A DNA stretch of 64,000 bases from an uncultured Clostridia bacterium (GTDB lineage Bacteria; Bacillota; Clostridia; TANB77; CAG-508), in assembly GCA_934167755.1 (NCBI GenBank), contig CAKPLT010000001.1, positions 161,753-225,752 of the forward strand. The letters are read 5' to 3'. Each line of letters begins with the position of its first letter. Position 1 is the first letter of the stretch. Below are positions 10,047 to 23,142 of this stretch, one piece after another. The translations under genes and the position numbers were made by a program. Below the pieces are notes generated by a model. That model did no database searches. It was not told where the DNA came from and was given only the letters and a program-made list of their open reading frames with translations.

Positions 10047-10901
10047 ATGTTTGGACATAGACCAGATGGTAAAAAAATAAAGAATTTGCCACCAATTTTT
10101 AAGATTATGCCTTGTGTAATGCTTGATAGAGCTGATTCTCAAGTATATTTTAAACAAGACATAGCTTTAAAAAATTTAGATGAATATATTGATAAAAAAG
10201 CAAAAGAAGGAATACGATTATCATATATGAACATTATATATGCTGCTATTGTAAAAATTGTAGGTCAAAGACCTAATTTAAACAGATTTGCAATGAATGG
10301 GGCATTATATAAAAGAGATAAAATATATGTTTCCCTTGTTATAAAAAAGAGTTTAACAGATGATGGACCTGAAACTCCATTAAAATTAGACTTTAATGGA
10401 AATGAAAATATTTTTGAAATAAAAGACAGACTGGATACTGCAATAGAACAAAATAAAGAATTAGAAAATTCAAATAAAACAGATAAATTGGTTGCTGTTT
10501 TAAATATAATTCCAAGTGGTTTGATTAGAGCTGTTGTAAAATTTTTAATGCTTTTAGATAAATATGGAATAATGCCAAGAAAAATAATTGATGCAAGTCC
10601 ATTCCACACAAGTGTATTTATAACTAATGTTGGGTCTCTTGGAATTGATAGTATATATCATCATATATATAATTTTGGAACAACAAGTATGTTTTTCTCA
10701 ATGGGAAAAAAGAAAAAGAGTTATATTTATGAAGACGATGAAATTAAAGAAGAAAAATGTATAACATTGGCTTTTGTTGGTGATGAGAGAATTTGTGATG
10801 GATATTATTATGCTTCATCTTTTAAACTTTTATCCAAATACTTAAAAAAGCCAGAATTATTGGAAGATATACTTGAAGAAAAAGAAGAAATTGCAAATTA
10901 A
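10047..10901 (+). CDS. 2-oxoacid dehydrogenase acyltransferase catalytic-domain-like (CAT-like fold) protein. The DHRxxDG motif reads DERICDG, so the catalytic His is replaced
   Basis: C-terminal AFVGDERICDGYYYASSF resembles the E2 catalytic motif. Confidence 0.35.
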   Translation: MFGHRPDGKKIKNLPPIFKIMPCVMLDRADSQVYFKQDIALKNLDEYIDKKAKEGIRLSYMNIIYAAIVKIVGQRPNLNRFAMNGALYKRDKIYVSLVIKKSLTDDGPETPLKLDFNGNENIFEIKDRLDTAIEQNKELENSNKTDKLVAVLNIIPSGLIRAVVKFLMLLDKYGIMPRKIIDASPFHTSVFITNVGSLGIDSIYHHIYNFGTTSMFFSMGKKKKSYIYEDDEIKEEKCITLAFVGDERICDGYYYASSFKLLSKYLKKPELLEDILEEKEEIAN

Positions 10902-11003
10902 GATTAGTTATAAAAAATGAACTTTTCAAATAAAATTAAAAATTTTTAAAAAATTATTGACTTTGATAATAATATGTGTTATTATATTTAGGTGTTAAGA
11001 AAT

Positions 11004-11080
<77 letters not shown>

Positions 11081-11109
11081 CAACAATTATATATTAACAC
11101 ATATAATGA

Positions 11110-11150
11110 AAAAACATTACTATTTTTCAATTAGTAATGTTTTTTACTTT
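11110..11150 (+). terminator. Rho-independent terminator after tRNA-Arg
   Basis: Perfect 13-bp stem aaaaacattacta/tagtaatgttttt followed by a T-run. Confidence 0.7.
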
Positions 11151-11176
11151 ATTAATGATAATGTGAGAAAATAGGA

Positions 11177-11458
11177 GTGAATTTTATGGATAATAAAGAT
11201 TTAAAAAAATTTATAATAAATTTTATAAAAACAAAGGAAAAAGAATGCCATAATAAAGATTATATTGAGTATTCTTATTATGAGTTAAAAATAAAAGCAA
11301 ATTTAACTGAAGAAGAAATAGATGAGTTGTTACGAGTAAGTAGAGACTATTTTCAAAATAAAAATTATAATGTCTATTTTACTAATGCTGAATTTGAATA
11401 TAATGGTCAAAAAAGAAAGGTTGAAGCTAACGATTATATGGTAGCAATAAAACAATAA
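11177..11458 (+). CDS. Hypothetical protein (93 aa)
   Basis: ORF with a GGAG RBS. Confidence 0.4.
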   Translation: MNFMDNKDLKKFIINFIKTKEKECHNKDYIEYSYYELKIKANLTEEEIDELLRVSRDYFQNKNYNVYFTNAEFEYNGQKRKVEANDYMVAIKQ

Positions 11459-11483
11459 ATAGAAAGTTATTGTGGAGGTATTT

Positions 11484-11879
11484 ATGAAAAAGAAAATTGT
11501 ATTAACAATATCATTCTTAATTAGTTTATTACCAATGTTATTAAATCAATATGGAGGAATGAAAGGTGTACAAGAAATTAGTGGCTTAATTAATTTGCTT
11601 AATCCAATAGGAATAATATCTGTATTATTATTTATTATAGGTGTATGGGTATCTTTTAAGAATAAAAAAATAAATAAAATATTAGGAGCATTTGGAACAA
11701 TAGGAATTGTAGCTTCAGAAATATATAAGTTTTTTACTTGGCACATAATGAATATAACAGGGAAAATGAGTATTCATAATAGTATTGAATTTGCTTTTCC
11801 AGAGTTTTATATTGGATTAGCAATTTCTTTAATTATGATATTTATCTATTTTTTTATTGATAAAATAGTAAAAGAATAA
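11484..11879 (+). CDS. Small membrane protein (3-4 TM helices)
   Basis: GGAGG RBS before the ATG at 11484; hydrophobic segments. Confidence 0.5.
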   Translation: MKKKIVLTISFLISLLPMLLNQYGGMKGVQEISGLINLLNPIGIISVLLFIIGVWVSFKNKKINKILGAFGTIGIVASEIYKFFTWHIMNITGKMSIHNSIEFAFPEFYIGLAISLIMIFIYFFIDKIVKE

Positions 11880-11929
11880 CAAATTAGTAATTAGTTAGAA
11901 AAATAGTAATTTATGGAGGATATAAAAAT

Positions 11930-12400
11930 ATGAATATTAGAAATGCACAAATAGAAGATGTAAATAAAATTAGTGAACTAATGTTACAAGTAGCAAAAAT
12001 TCATAGTAATGCCAGAAAAGATATTTTTAAAGAAAAAAGTATTGAAGAAATAAAGACGGAATTTAATAATAGAATAAATAACAAGGAAAATATATTAGTT
12101 GCAGAAGAAAATAATAATATATATGGAGTTGTTGTTTACAAAATTAAAGAAGTTAAAGAACATATAAATCTAAAAGATAGAACAACTTTATATATAGACG
12201 AATTAGTTGTAGATGAAAAAGTTAGAAAAATGGGAATAGGTAAAAATTTATTTTCTGAAGTAAAAAAAATTGCAAAAGAAAAAAATTATGATGCAGTTGA
12301 ATTGAATTGTTGGAAGTTTAATGAAAGTGCAATTCAATTTTATGAAAAATGTGGAATGAATATACAAAGATTAATAATGGAGATAAAAACAGATATATAA
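11930..12400 (+). CDS. GNAT family N-acetyltransferase
   Basis: IDELVVDEKVRKMGIGKNLF acetyl-CoA binding motif (Q/RxxGxG/A). Confidence 0.8.
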   Translation: MNIRNAQIEDVNKISELMLQVAKIHSNARKDIFKEKSIEEIKTEFNNRINNKENILVAEENNNIYGVVVYKIKEVKEHINLKDRTTLYIDELVVDEKVRKMGIGKNLFSEVKKIAKEKNYDAVELNCWKFNESAIQFYEKCGMNIQRLIMEIKTDI

Positions 12401-12468
12401 ATTATAGTAACAACTTACAAGATTTAGAGCAGATAGTTAGTTGATAATTATCTGCTTTTATGATAGGA

Positions 12469-13004
12469 TGAGTAAAAATAAAATTAATGATAGGTTTAAT
12501 ATTTATTCTGCAAAATTAACAGACACTGGATTCGAGTTTGGTATGACTATAAAAGATGAACATAAGCCAACATATCCTGAAGAAATGAAAAATGAAAGAA
12601 AAAATATAATAGAAAAATATGGGGTGTTAGATGAAGATGGATTATATACATCAGAAAGCCAAAAAATAATGAGTCAAAAGATGAATGAATTGAGTGTAAC
12701 ATCACCATATAAAGAAATGCTAGAGAAATATGAGAAAGAAGATACACCGATTTTAAGTCGCGGTTTGACAATAGATGTAAAATCAGATATTGAAAATGGT
12801 TGTTATGTTATGAATAATAAAGGAGAAAAGTTTGAATGTACTATGAGTCCATCAAGAAAATGTAACTATAATTTCATTGATGGAGATAAATACGATTTTT
12901 ATGAAACATATTCGATGACTAAATATGATGCAACTGATGATATTACAATGGTTGTAAATTACAGAGGTACATTAGAATATATAAGGCTACAGAAAGTAAA
13001 ATAA
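12469..13004 (+). CDS. Hypothetical protein
   Basis: ORF; the start at MSKNKI is preferred over 12441, which lies inside the upstream terminator hairpin. Confidence 0.4.
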
Positions 13005-13192
13005 ATATTGATAGCAGATATATTATCAAAAAATTATGACATATGACAAATATAAAGAATGTAATAAACAATGGAATAATATGACAGATTTGTGGATAAT
13101 TTTATTATGGATATTTCAATGTAGATGTGCACCATGCTGATAATTGTGCATGACCATTTACAAATTCAATTTTTAAGAGAGGGAAAAAAATA

Positions 13193-13240
13193 TTAAAAAA
13201 AACACAGCCATTATTTTTTTAAATGGCTGTGTTTTATAGG
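13193..13240. terminator. Bidirectional hairpin terminator (aaaacacagccatt/aatggctgtgtttt)
   Basis: Inverted repeat flanked by A-run and T-run. Confidence 0.6.
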
Positions 13241-13248
13241 TATTTCTC

Positions 13249-14184
13249 CTATAATGATTTATTAACTTGAATATTAGAATAGTTATTCATGAACACATCA
13301 TCATCTTTTTTATAGAATTCAGGGTAAACTGCCTGTATCCATATTCTTGCTACACAATATGCCAATATAATATCACTATCTTTTACTTTTTTTGTTGTGC
13401 ATACGCATTGAACAATATGACTTAACACTCTTTCTATTGGATTGACTATGAATCCAAGTGTATCAATTAGAAATAAATCAATTAAAGAACTAGTTATATT
13501 GTAAATAACAAGAATAATAATGAATTGTATTATGGTAATTTCAAATAAACCAATATGTAAAATGTTTGGTACAACTAATATAATTGCTGAAGAAGCTAGT
13601 ATTTCAGAGATAAGCTCTCTGACAGATTCTTCAGTCAAAAACCGACTACCACAGTCTGAACAAAATCTGGAAGATTTTCGTATTTCTTGCATATTTTTTG
13701 GTAATCTCTTATTTTTTTCAAGAAAATTAACCATCATATGTTCTGCTGAATGCTTGCTTTTTAATGAATGAGAAATAGTTAATGCGTTTACAATTGAAGT
13801 TATTATTTCAAACATTGAAAGGAATATAGATATATTAAAAAGGACAATAAATGCACTATCAATACATTCATTTATTGCAAAAAGAATTGTAACTAAAACC
13901 ACATCGATAGGAATTAATATAAATAAAGATTTAATTAATCCTTTAAAGACTGCTTTATTTTTAAACATTGTCAAAATGCTTACTTTATTTTCTTCCTCTT
14001 TTTCTTCCTCCATTTTTTTTATTAAAATATTTCCTTCACATTTTTCAATTGCTGTAATGTATGTGGTGTCGTCATCAAGATAAAAGCGTATTTCATCTTG
14101 TGAGCTTGACGCGTGATATACTATGAGTTCTTCAAGGTTATTATCCTTAAAAATAGTGTTGTTTTCTGTGTTCCGGTTTTCCAT
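13249..14184 (-). CDS. Membrane protein, possibly DUF1385/YqhQ-like (HSAEHM motif)
   Basis: 311 aa with multiple TM segments and an SAEHMMVN motif. Confidence 0.4.
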   Translation of the reverse strand: MENRNTENNTIFKDNNLEELIVYHASSSQDEIRFYLDDDTTYITAIEKCEGNILIKKMEEEKEEENKVSILTMFKNKAVFKGLIKSLFILIPIDVVLVTILFAINECIDSAFIVLFNISIFLSMFEIITSIVNALTISHSLKSKHSAEHMMVNFLEKNKRLPKNMQEIRKSSRFCSDCGSRFLTEESVRELISEILASSAIILVVPNILHIGLFEITIIQFIIILVIYNITSSLIDLFLIDTLGFIVNPIERVLSHIVQCVCTTKKVKDSDIILAYCVARIWIQAVYPEFYKKDDDVFMNNYSNIQVNKSL

Positions 14185-14446
14185 TTTTTGATTACCTCCG
14201 TAATAAGTTAATAATTTTTTATAATTTTCGTTGGAATTTTTACTATTTTATCATATATTTATAAAATTTTCAACACTGAAATGTTCAATTAGTAACTCAA
14301 GAATTATATTTATGGTATATATGGTATTAGTAAAACACATTTAGCTTGTTGTATTGCAAATGAATTAATAAAAATTCTGAAATCAGTAATATTTGAATTT
14401 ACCATAAAACTCTTATACTTGATGACAATTGTTAAGCTATTAGTTA

Positions 14447-15061
14447 TTAAATATTATTTCTATTAATCTTTAACCTAATAAACTCACCGTTATTTAATTT
14501 TGTAATTTGTATATTATTTTCTTTTTCGTATTTTTCAATTTTTTCTTTTAGTTCTTCATCAGCTTCATCATAATGAGGATATATGCGAAAAGTTGTTAAG
14601 CTTAATCCTTTATATGTTTTAAATACTTTATCATATTTAGATTTTGTTCCTTTTTTTATGTCATATACCCACTTGCAATCTTCTCCCATTATTATACTAC
14701 CAGCACTTTCACCAATGTATATTCCTTTTTTTAGGAATTCAATTATATATTCTTTAAAATTACTTGTGTTATTTAATTCTATCAGTTCCCCAGGATCTCC
14801 ACCTAATACATATATTACATCATATTCTAGAATTTTTTCTAAATTTGATTCATCAATATCAAGTAAATCAACCTGTCTAGCTCCTATTTTTTCAAAATTA
14901 TCTTTTACATCTTTTCTAGAATTTATATTAGTTGTTTTTGCTGCATTTCCTATTAATAAAACTCTTTTTCCTTTTGATATTTCTTCAAATAATTTTTCTA
15001 TTTTTTTACTTCTTTTTCCATTATTATTAAAGCCATTAGCTGTTAAAATTATATTTTTCAT
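14447..15061 (-). CDS. Peptidase S51 (dipeptidase E / cyanophycinase-like) family
   Basis: IGESAGSII nucleophile motif. Start chosen at MKNIILTANGF. Confidence 0.65.
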   Translation of the reverse strand: MKNIILTANGFNNNGKRSKKIEKLFEEISKGKRVLLIGNAAKTTNINSRKDVKDNFEKIGARQVDLLDIDESNLEKILEYDVIYVLGGDPGELIELNNTSNFKEYIIEFLKKGIYIGESAGSIIMGEDCKWVYDIKKGTKSKYDKVFKTYKGLSLTTFRIYPHYDEADEELKEKIEKYEKENNIQITKLNNGEFIRLKINRNNI

Positions 15062-15189
15062 ATTAAATTCTATTCCTTTCTTGCCTTGTTTAAATGCACA
15101 CACAGCAATGAAAACCTTGGATTTAAAGTATTTTAACTATAAATCAAAATTGAAAATAAGAATAAAAAAAACAGAAACCTGTTTTTTTC

Positions 15190-15272
15190 TGGTGCCCAAA
15201 GTGGGACTCGAACCCACATGGTTTCCCGCACGATTTTGAGTCGTGTGCGTCTGCCAGTTCCGCCATTCGGGC
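15190..15272 (-). tRNA. tRNA-Leu (anticodon CAA), long variable arm
   Basis: Reverse complement folds into a cloverleaf: acceptor gcccgaa/tttgggc, anticodon loop cuCAAaa, T-loop ggttcgagtcc, CCA end. Confidence 0.85.
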
Positions 15273-15427
15273 AAATAATTTAAAATATTACAAAATAAAT
15301 TTGCATCTCAAATATATTATCACAAAAAGAAAATTTTGTCTAGTCCCAAAATGCATTTTCTATTGACTATTTGGAAAAATTAATGTATTATATATAATAT
15401 TAAAAAAGAAAAGAGGAAAATTTATAT

Positions 15428-17845
15428 ATGTTATGTTCAGATTGCAATAAAAACAATGCAGAAATATTTATAAATAAAATCGAAAATGGCCAATCATCAA
15501 TGGAAGGGCTATGTAGAGAATGTGCTCAAAAAAGAGGCATAGATATTCCTAATATGCCACCAGTAGACAATAAGCAAGAAAAACAAAACAATAGCGGAAA
15601 TAGCCAGAAAACAAAGCAAAATAGTAATAATAGTAATATACCACCAATAAATAATATAGATATGACAAATATGTCAAAACAACTTGAAAGTTTATTTAAA
15701 GATTTATCAACAAATTTAAAAATGGAAAATCTTGAAGGACTAGAAGACTTTGATCCAGAAGATTTTGAACAAGAAGACTATGAAAATGATGAAGAAGGAG
15801 AAAACAATTCAGGAAATCCATTAGGAATTCCAATTGGTTCTATATTTGCTAGTATCGTACCAAGAAAGCAAGGACAAAATGAGGAAGAATCAAATGGAAG
15901 ACAAAAAGTAAAAGTTGACAAAAAGAAAAGCAAAAAGAAGAAAAAATATTTAGATGTTTATGGAACAAATCTTACAGTAAAGGCAAAAAACAATGAATTA
16001 GATATGGTAATTGGTAGGGACAAAGAAATACAAAGGGTAATTCAAATTTTAAATAGGCGTACAAAAAATAATCCATGTTTAATTGGGGAACCTGGTGTTG
16101 GAAAAACAGCAATAGCACAAGGGCTAGCCATTAAAATTGCAAATAACAATGTACCAGCAAAACTTTTAAATAAAGAAGTATATTTATTAGATATGACAGC
16201 TGTTATAGCAGGAACACAATTTAGAGGACAATTCGAAGCTAGAATGAAAGGCATTATTGATGAATGTAGAGAATATGGAAATATAATACTTGTAATTGAT
16301 GAAATTCACAATATTATAGGAGCAGGTGATGGAGAGCATTCAATGAATGCTGCTAATATTTTAAAACCATCATTATCTAATGGAGAAATTCAGTTAATTG
16401 GTACAACAACATTAAAAGAATATAGAAAGTATATAGAAAAAGATTCTGCATTAGAAAGAAGATTCCAACAAGTAATAGTTGAAGAACCAGATATTGAAGA
16501 ATCAATTAAAATCTTAGAAGGAATAAAAAAATATTATGAAGAATATCATAAAGTAAAAATTTCAAATGATGTAATAAAACAAACTGTTATAATGTCAGAA
16601 AAATATATACATGATAGGTTTTTGCCTGATAAAGCAATAGATATACTTGATGAAGCATGTTCAAGAATTAACTTAGAAAATAAAGAATTATTTAAATTAG
16701 AAATGTTAAAACAAGAATTAGCACAAGTTCAAGCACAAAAAGAAGATGCAGCACAAGCAGATTCAACAGAAGATTATCAAAAAGCTGCAGATTTAAAAAC
16801 ACAAGAATGTAGACTAATTGAAGAAATAGACCAATTAAATAGTACAATTCAATTAAAAAATCTTACAACACAGGATATAGCACAGGTAATTGAAAATTGG
16901 ACTAAGATTCCTGTTAAGAAAATAACAGAAGCTGAAACTCAAAAATTGTTAAACTTAGAAACAAATCTTCATACAAGAATAATTGGTCAAGACAAGGCTG
17001 TTAGTGCAGTATCTCGTGCAATAAGAAGAAATCGCGCAGGACTACAAAGCACAAAACGTCCACCATCATTTATATTCGTAGGTCCAACAGGTGTTGGTAA
17101 AACAGAATTAGCTAAAAGCTTAGCATATGAAATGTTTGGATCAGAGGACTCAATAATTCGTGTTGACATGTCAGAATATATGGAAAGTCATTCAACATCA
17201 AAATTAATAGGTGCACCTCCAGGATATGTTGGATATGATGATGCAGGTCAACTTACTGAAAAAGTTAAAAGAAAACCATATTCAATAATACTTTTAGATG
17301 AAATAGAAAAAGCTCATCCAGATGTATTTAATATATTACTTCAAGTTCTAGATGATGGTAAACTTACAGATTCACAAGGAAATACAGTAAGTTTCCAAAA
17401 TACAATAATTATTATGACATCAAATGCTGGTTCAAACTTAAATAATAATTCAATTGGATTTGCAAAACAAACAGTTGATACAAGTAAAATTGAAGAAAAT
17501 TTAAAACAAGTATTTAGACCCGAATTTTTAAATAGAATTGATGAAATTATTGTATTTGATTCATTAACAAGACCTGAATTAATACAAATAGTTGATTTAA
17601 TGTTAAAAGATACAAAGAAAGCATTAGATGATAAAAATATAAATTTAACAGTTTCAGAAAGTGCAAAAGATTTTATATTAGACAAAGGTACTAATCTAAA
17701 ATTTGGTGCTCGTCCTTTAAGAAGAGCAATTCAAAGATATGTAGAAGATGAAATTTCAGAAATGATTTTAAGAGCAGATGTTCATGAAGGGCAAAACATT
17801 AATGTAAACTTAGAAAATGATAATTTGAAATTTGAGGTAAACTAA
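15428..17845 (+). CDS. clpE: Clp ATPase, ClpE-like (N-terminal Zn finger, two AAA+ modules)
   Basis: N-terminal CSDC...CREC zinc ribbon; GEPGVGKT and GPTGVGKT Walker A motifs; Clp signature regions. Confidence 0.85.
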   Translation: MLCSDCNKNNAEIFINKIENGQSSMEGLCRECAQKRGIDIPNMPPVDNKQEKQNNSGNSQKTKQNSNNSNIPPINNIDMTNMSKQLESLFKDLSTNLKMENLEGLEDFDPEDFEQEDYENDEEGENNSGNPLGIPIGSIFASIVPRKQGQNEEESNGRQKVKVDKKKSKKKKKYLDVYGTNLTVKAKNNELDMVIGRDKEIQRVIQILNRRTKNNPCLIGEPGVGKTAIAQGLAIKIANNNVPAKLLNKEVYLLDMTAVIAGTQFRGQFEARMKGIIDECREYGNIILVIDEIHNIIGAGDGEHSMNAANILKPSLSNGEIQLIGTTTLKEYRKYIEKDSALERRFQQVIVEEPDIEESIKILEGIKKYYEEYHKVKISNDVIKQTVIMSEKYIHDRFLPDKAIDILDEACSRINLENKELFKLEMLKQELAQVQAQKEDAAQADSTEDYQKAADLKTQECRLIEEIDQLNSTIQLKNLTTQDIAQVIENWTKIPVKKITEAETQKLLNLETNLHTRIIGQDKAVSAVSRAIRRNRAGLQSTKRPPSFIFVGPTGVGKTELAKSLAYEMFGSEDSIIRVDMSEYMESHSTSKLIGAPPGYVGYDDAGQLTEKVKRKPYSIILLDEIEKAHPDVFNILLQVLDDGKLTDSQGNTVSFQNTIIIMTSNAGSNLNNNSIGFAKQTVDTSKIEENLKQVFRPEFLNRIDEIIVFDSLTRPELIQIVDLMLKDTKKALDDKNINLTVSESAKDFILDKGTNLKFGARPLRRAIQRYVEDEISEMILRADVHEGQNINVNLENDNLKFEVN

Positions 17846-17848
17846 GAT

Positions 17849-17890
17849 AAGGGCAAAATGGGACGGTTCTCTTTTTGCCCTTGTGATTTT
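17849..17890 (+). terminator. Rho-independent terminator after clpE
   Basis: aagggcaaaa...ttttgccctt stem followed by a T-rich tail. Confidence 0.65.
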
Positions 17891-17908
17891 GTGAAAGGAA
17901 ATAATTAA

Positions 17909-18448
17909 ATGAAGAAAGAAAATATACCAAATATTTTAACAATAATACGTTTTATTTTAATACCATTTATTTTTACATCTGTAGTAAATAATGATTATTT
18001 AGTAGCACTGATATTTTTTACAGTTTCTGCAATAACTGATGTTCTTGATGGTTATATTGCACGAAAATATAATTATATAACAGATCTTGGAAAATTGATT
18101 GATCCGCTTGCAGATAAATTAACACAAGTTTCATTACTATTATCATTGGCTATTTTAAAAATTTTACCATGGTGGATTTTTGCAATAGTCTTTATAAAAG
18201 AATGCGTTATGGTAATATCAGCATCATTGCTGTATAAAAGAAAAGATGTAGTTGTTTATAGTAAATGGTATGGAAAACTTGCAACTGTATTATTTTATTT
18301 GGCAATAGTATTTTCATTAATTATAAATCAATTCCATATCCAAATTCCATTTAAAATTGATTTATATTTATACTATCTAGCAATAATTGCCACAATATTT
18401 TCTTTAATTATGTATTCAATAAAATTTAAAATAAAAAAAGAAATGTGA
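17909..18448 (+). CDS. pgsA: CDP-diacylglycerol--glycerol-3-phosphate 3-phosphatidyltransferase
   Basis: CDP-alcohol phosphatidyltransferase motif DVLDGYIARK...DPLADK. Confidence 0.85.
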   Translation: MKKENIPNILTIIRFILIPFIFTSVVNNDYLVALIFFTVSAITDVLDGYIARKYNYITDLGKLIDPLADKLTQVSLLLSLAILKILPWWIFAIVFIKECVMVISASLLYKRKDVVVYSKWYGKLATVLFYLAIVFSLIINQFHIQIPFKIDLYLYYLAIIATIFSLIMYSIKFKIKKEM

Positions 18449-18462
18449 AAATTCTGTGAATT

Positions 18463-18489
18463 TTAGCAATCTACTATTGACACTGCTAA
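18463..18489 (+). promoter_or_regulatory. CIRCE-like inverted repeat (TTAGCAATC-N9-CACTGCTAA) overlapping the hsp20 promoter
   Basis: Three mismatches to the HrcA operator consensus TTAGCACTC-N9-GAGTGCTAA; overlaps a TTGACA...TATAAT promoter. Confidence 0.45.
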
Positions 18490-18599
18490 AAACTAGATAT
18501 ATAATAAGTATGTAAATAGAAATTAACCAAATGGTTAATAATATATTATGTGCAACCGAATAGGTGTCAACACATAAAATTATAGGGAGGTAATGTATT

Positions 18600-19019
18600 A
18601 TGATGATGATACCAAGAAGAAATGGAAATGGATTAGATTTTTGGGATGAGGTTTTACCTGATTCATTTTTCACAGAAAAAGAAAGTAAATTAATGAAAAC
18701 CGATTTAAAAGAAAAAGATGGAAAATACTTTTTAGAAATTGATATACCAGGATATGACAAAGAAGATATAAGAATAGAATTACACGAAGGATATTTAACA
18801 GTAACAGCAGAAAGAAATGAAGAAAAAGAAGATAAACATGCTAAATATCTAAAAAGAGAAAGATTCTCAGGAATGTGTTCAAGAAGCTATTATGTTGGAG
18901 AAAATGTAAGTGAAGAGGACATTAAAGCAAATTTCAAAAACGGAATATTAACTATAGAATTTCCAAAAGAACCTGAAAAGAGAATTGAAGAAAAGAAATA
19001 TATTCCAATTGGAGAATAA
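18600..19019 (+). CDS. Hsp20/alpha-crystallin small heat shock protein
   Basis: Alpha-crystallin domain (YFLEIDIPGYDKEDIRIELHEGYLTVTAE...GILTIEFPK). Confidence 0.9.
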   Translation: MMMIPRRNGNGLDFWDEVLPDSFFTEKESKLMKTDLKEKDGKYFLEIDIPGYDKEDIRIELHEGYLTVTAERNEEKEDKHAKYLKRERFSGMCSRSYYVGENVSEEDIKANFKNGILTIEFPKEPEKRIEEKKYIPIGE

Positions 19020-19150
19020 AAGTGAAAAAATGTATTGATAATTTTCTAAAAAAATGATAATATATTAATATGATTATGATAGATTAAAAAAAAACCGATT
19101 TTGTAGTTTTTATTTTAATCTATTTTTTTTATTTAATAGGAGGAGAAACA

Positions 19151-20749
19151 ATGAACACAAAATATGTATTTGTAACAGGTGGAGTAGTATCAGGACTAGG
19201 AAAAGGAATAACAGCAGCATCATTAGGAAGATTATTAAAAAATAGAGGGTATAAAGTAACAATTCAAAAATTTGATCCATATATAAATGTAGATCCAGGA
19301 ACAATGAGTCCATATGAACATGGAGAAGTATTTGTAACAGATGATGGAGCAGAAACAGACTTAGATTTAGGACATTATGAAAGATTTATAGACGAAAATT
19401 TAACAAAGAACTCAAGTGTAACAATGGGAAAAGTATATTCAAGTGTTATAGAAAAAGAAAGAAGAGGGGATTACTTAGGAAAAACAGTTCAAGTAATACC
19501 ACATATAACAAATGAGATAAAAGAAAAAATTTATAGTTTTGAAAATACTGACACAGATATAGTAATAACAGAAGTTGGTGGAACTGTAGGAGACATAGAA
19601 GGTTTATCTATAATAGAAGCAATTCGTCAAGTAGGATTAGAAAAAAATCCGGAAGATGTTGTATACATACATGTAACATTATTACCATACATATTTGGTT
19701 CAAATGAAATAAAATCAAAACCAACACAACATTCAGTAAAGGAATTACAAAGTTTAGGAATACAACCTAATATATTAGTATGTAGAACAGAACAAGAAAT
19801 TCCAGAAACTATAAAAGATAAATTAGCATTATTCTGTAATGTTAGAAAAAGTAGTGTAATTGAAAATAAAACAGCAGATAATTTATATGCAGTACCATTA
19901 ATGCTTGAAGAAGAAGGATTAGGTAGAGAGGTATGTAATCACTTAAGACTTGATAAATATGTGCCAGATAATAGAGAATGGCAAGAAATGATTGATAATG
20001 TAAGAAGTATTGGTGATGAATCTGTAAATATTGCAATTGTTGGAAAATATATCAAATTAGATGATTCATATTTATCAGTAATTGAAAGTTTACATCATGC
20101 GGGATTTACGAATAAAGTTAAAGTAAATATAAAATTAATAGATTGTGAATCAATAAATCCAGAAACCGCAAAAGAAAAATTATCAGGATTACAAGGAATT
20201 ATAGTTCCTGGAGGTTTTGGAAATAGAGGAGTAGAAGGAAAAATTGAGACAATTAAATATGCAAGAGAAAATAATATCCCATTTTTAGGAATTTGTCTAG
20301 GAATGCAAATGGCAGTTGTTGAATTTGCAAGAAATGTATTAGGATTAAAGGATGCAAATTCTGCTGAATTTGATGAAAAGACAACAAATCCTGTTATACA
20401 TATTATGGATGACCAAATAGGAGTGGATAAAAAAGGCGGAACAATGAGACTTGGAGCTTATCCATGTATAATAAAAGATGGAACTCTTGCTAAAGAGTTA
20501 TATGGAACAGAAAAGATTTCTGAAAGACATAGACATAGATATGAATATAATAATGAATATAAAGAAAAATTAGAAGATGCTGGTTTGATTTGTTCAGGAA
20601 TATCTCCTGATAGTAAATTAGTTGAGATTGTAGAATATAGAAACCATCCATATTTTATTGCTGGACAATTTCATCCAGAATTAAAGTCTAGACCCAATAG
20701 ACCAGCTCCATTATTTGTTGGTTTAGTGAAAGCTGCTAAAAGTATATAG
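19151..20749 (+). CDS. pyrG: CTP synthase
   Basis: [19 protein letters not shown] start and the glutamine amidotransferase motif GICLGMQ. Confidence 0.95.
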   Translation: MNTKYVFVTGGVVSGLGKGITAASLGRLLKNRGYKVTIQKFDPYINVDPGTMSPYEHGEVFVTDDGAETDLDLGHYERFIDENLTKNSSVTMGKVYSSVIEKERRGDYLGKTVQVIPHITNEIKEKIYSFENTDTDIVITEVGGTVGDIEGLSIIEAIRQVGLEKNPEDVVYIHVTLLPYIFGSNEIKSKPTQHSVKELQSLGIQPNILVCRTEQEIPETIKDKLALFCNVRKSSVIENKTADNLYAVPLMLEEEGLGREVCNHLRLDKYVPDNREWQEMIDNVRSIGDESVNIAIVGKYIKLDDSYLSVIESLHHAGFTNKVKVNIKLIDCESINPETAKEKLSGLQGIIVPGGFGNRGVEGKIETIKYARENNIPFLGICLGMQMAVVEFARNVLGLKDANSAEFDEKTTNPVIHIMDDQIGVDKKGGTMRLGAYPCIIKDGTLAKELYGTEKISERHRHRYEYNNEYKEKLEDAGLICSGISPDSKLVEIVEYRNHPYFIAGQFHPELKSRPNRPAPLFVGLVKAAKSI

Positions 20750-21064
20750 TTTAGAGACTAGAAAAGAAATATATAATTTTATCGTTTAACTGCGGACGCT
20801 TTGCTATTTTAAATTTGTTTTTAACAAATTTAAAACACCTTGTTAAACTTTAAAATTATATATTTCTTTTTTGTATTTAAAGGGCTATTATTAGCTTTTT
20901 GAACTTTTTCTTGTAATCTAAAATTAAAATTAAAAGAAAAAATTTAAAAAATTTATTTGTTCTAAAATTGAAACAACTTGCATAAAATAATTTGAATGCA
21001 ATTGTGAATATTATGTGAAATTTGAATAAATGTATTGACAAAGGATAAAAATGGGTATATATTA

Positions 21065-21091
21065 TTAGCAGTCAAACAAAAAGAGTGCTAA
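21065..21091 (+). promoter_or_regulatory. CIRCE (HrcA operator) TTAGCAGTC-N9-GAGTGCTAA, downstream of a TTGACA-17-TATATT promoter
   Basis: One mismatch to the consensus, in the expected place upstream of groES. Confidence 0.8.
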
Positions 21092-21150
21092 TGCAAGGTG
21101 TTAGCAATACAATTATTCTTTTACAAATTATTTTAAAGAAAGGAATGTGA

Positions 21151-21438
<288 letters not shown>

Positions 21439-21477
21439 AAAAGAAAAATTTTGTAAATTAAAAGAGAGGAGAAATGA

Positions 21478-23118
<1,641 letters not shown>

Positions 23119-23142
23119 AAAAGTGGCGAGAGCCACTTTTTT
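23119..23142. terminator. Bidirectional terminator (aaaagtggc-gaga-gccactttt)
   Basis: Perfect 9-bp stem between convergent genes. Confidence 0.65.

Noticed and set aside
14583-15239. Plus-strand 218-aa ORF
   Set aside because: Antisense to the S51 peptidase gene and runs into the tRNA-Leu; low-complexity translation.
15300-15427. Possible CtsR box upstream of clpE (tTGACtaTTTGgA)
   Set aside because: Only a weak resemblance to the (A/G)GTCAAA direct-repeat consensus; it overlaps the -35 hexamer, so the match may be coincidental.
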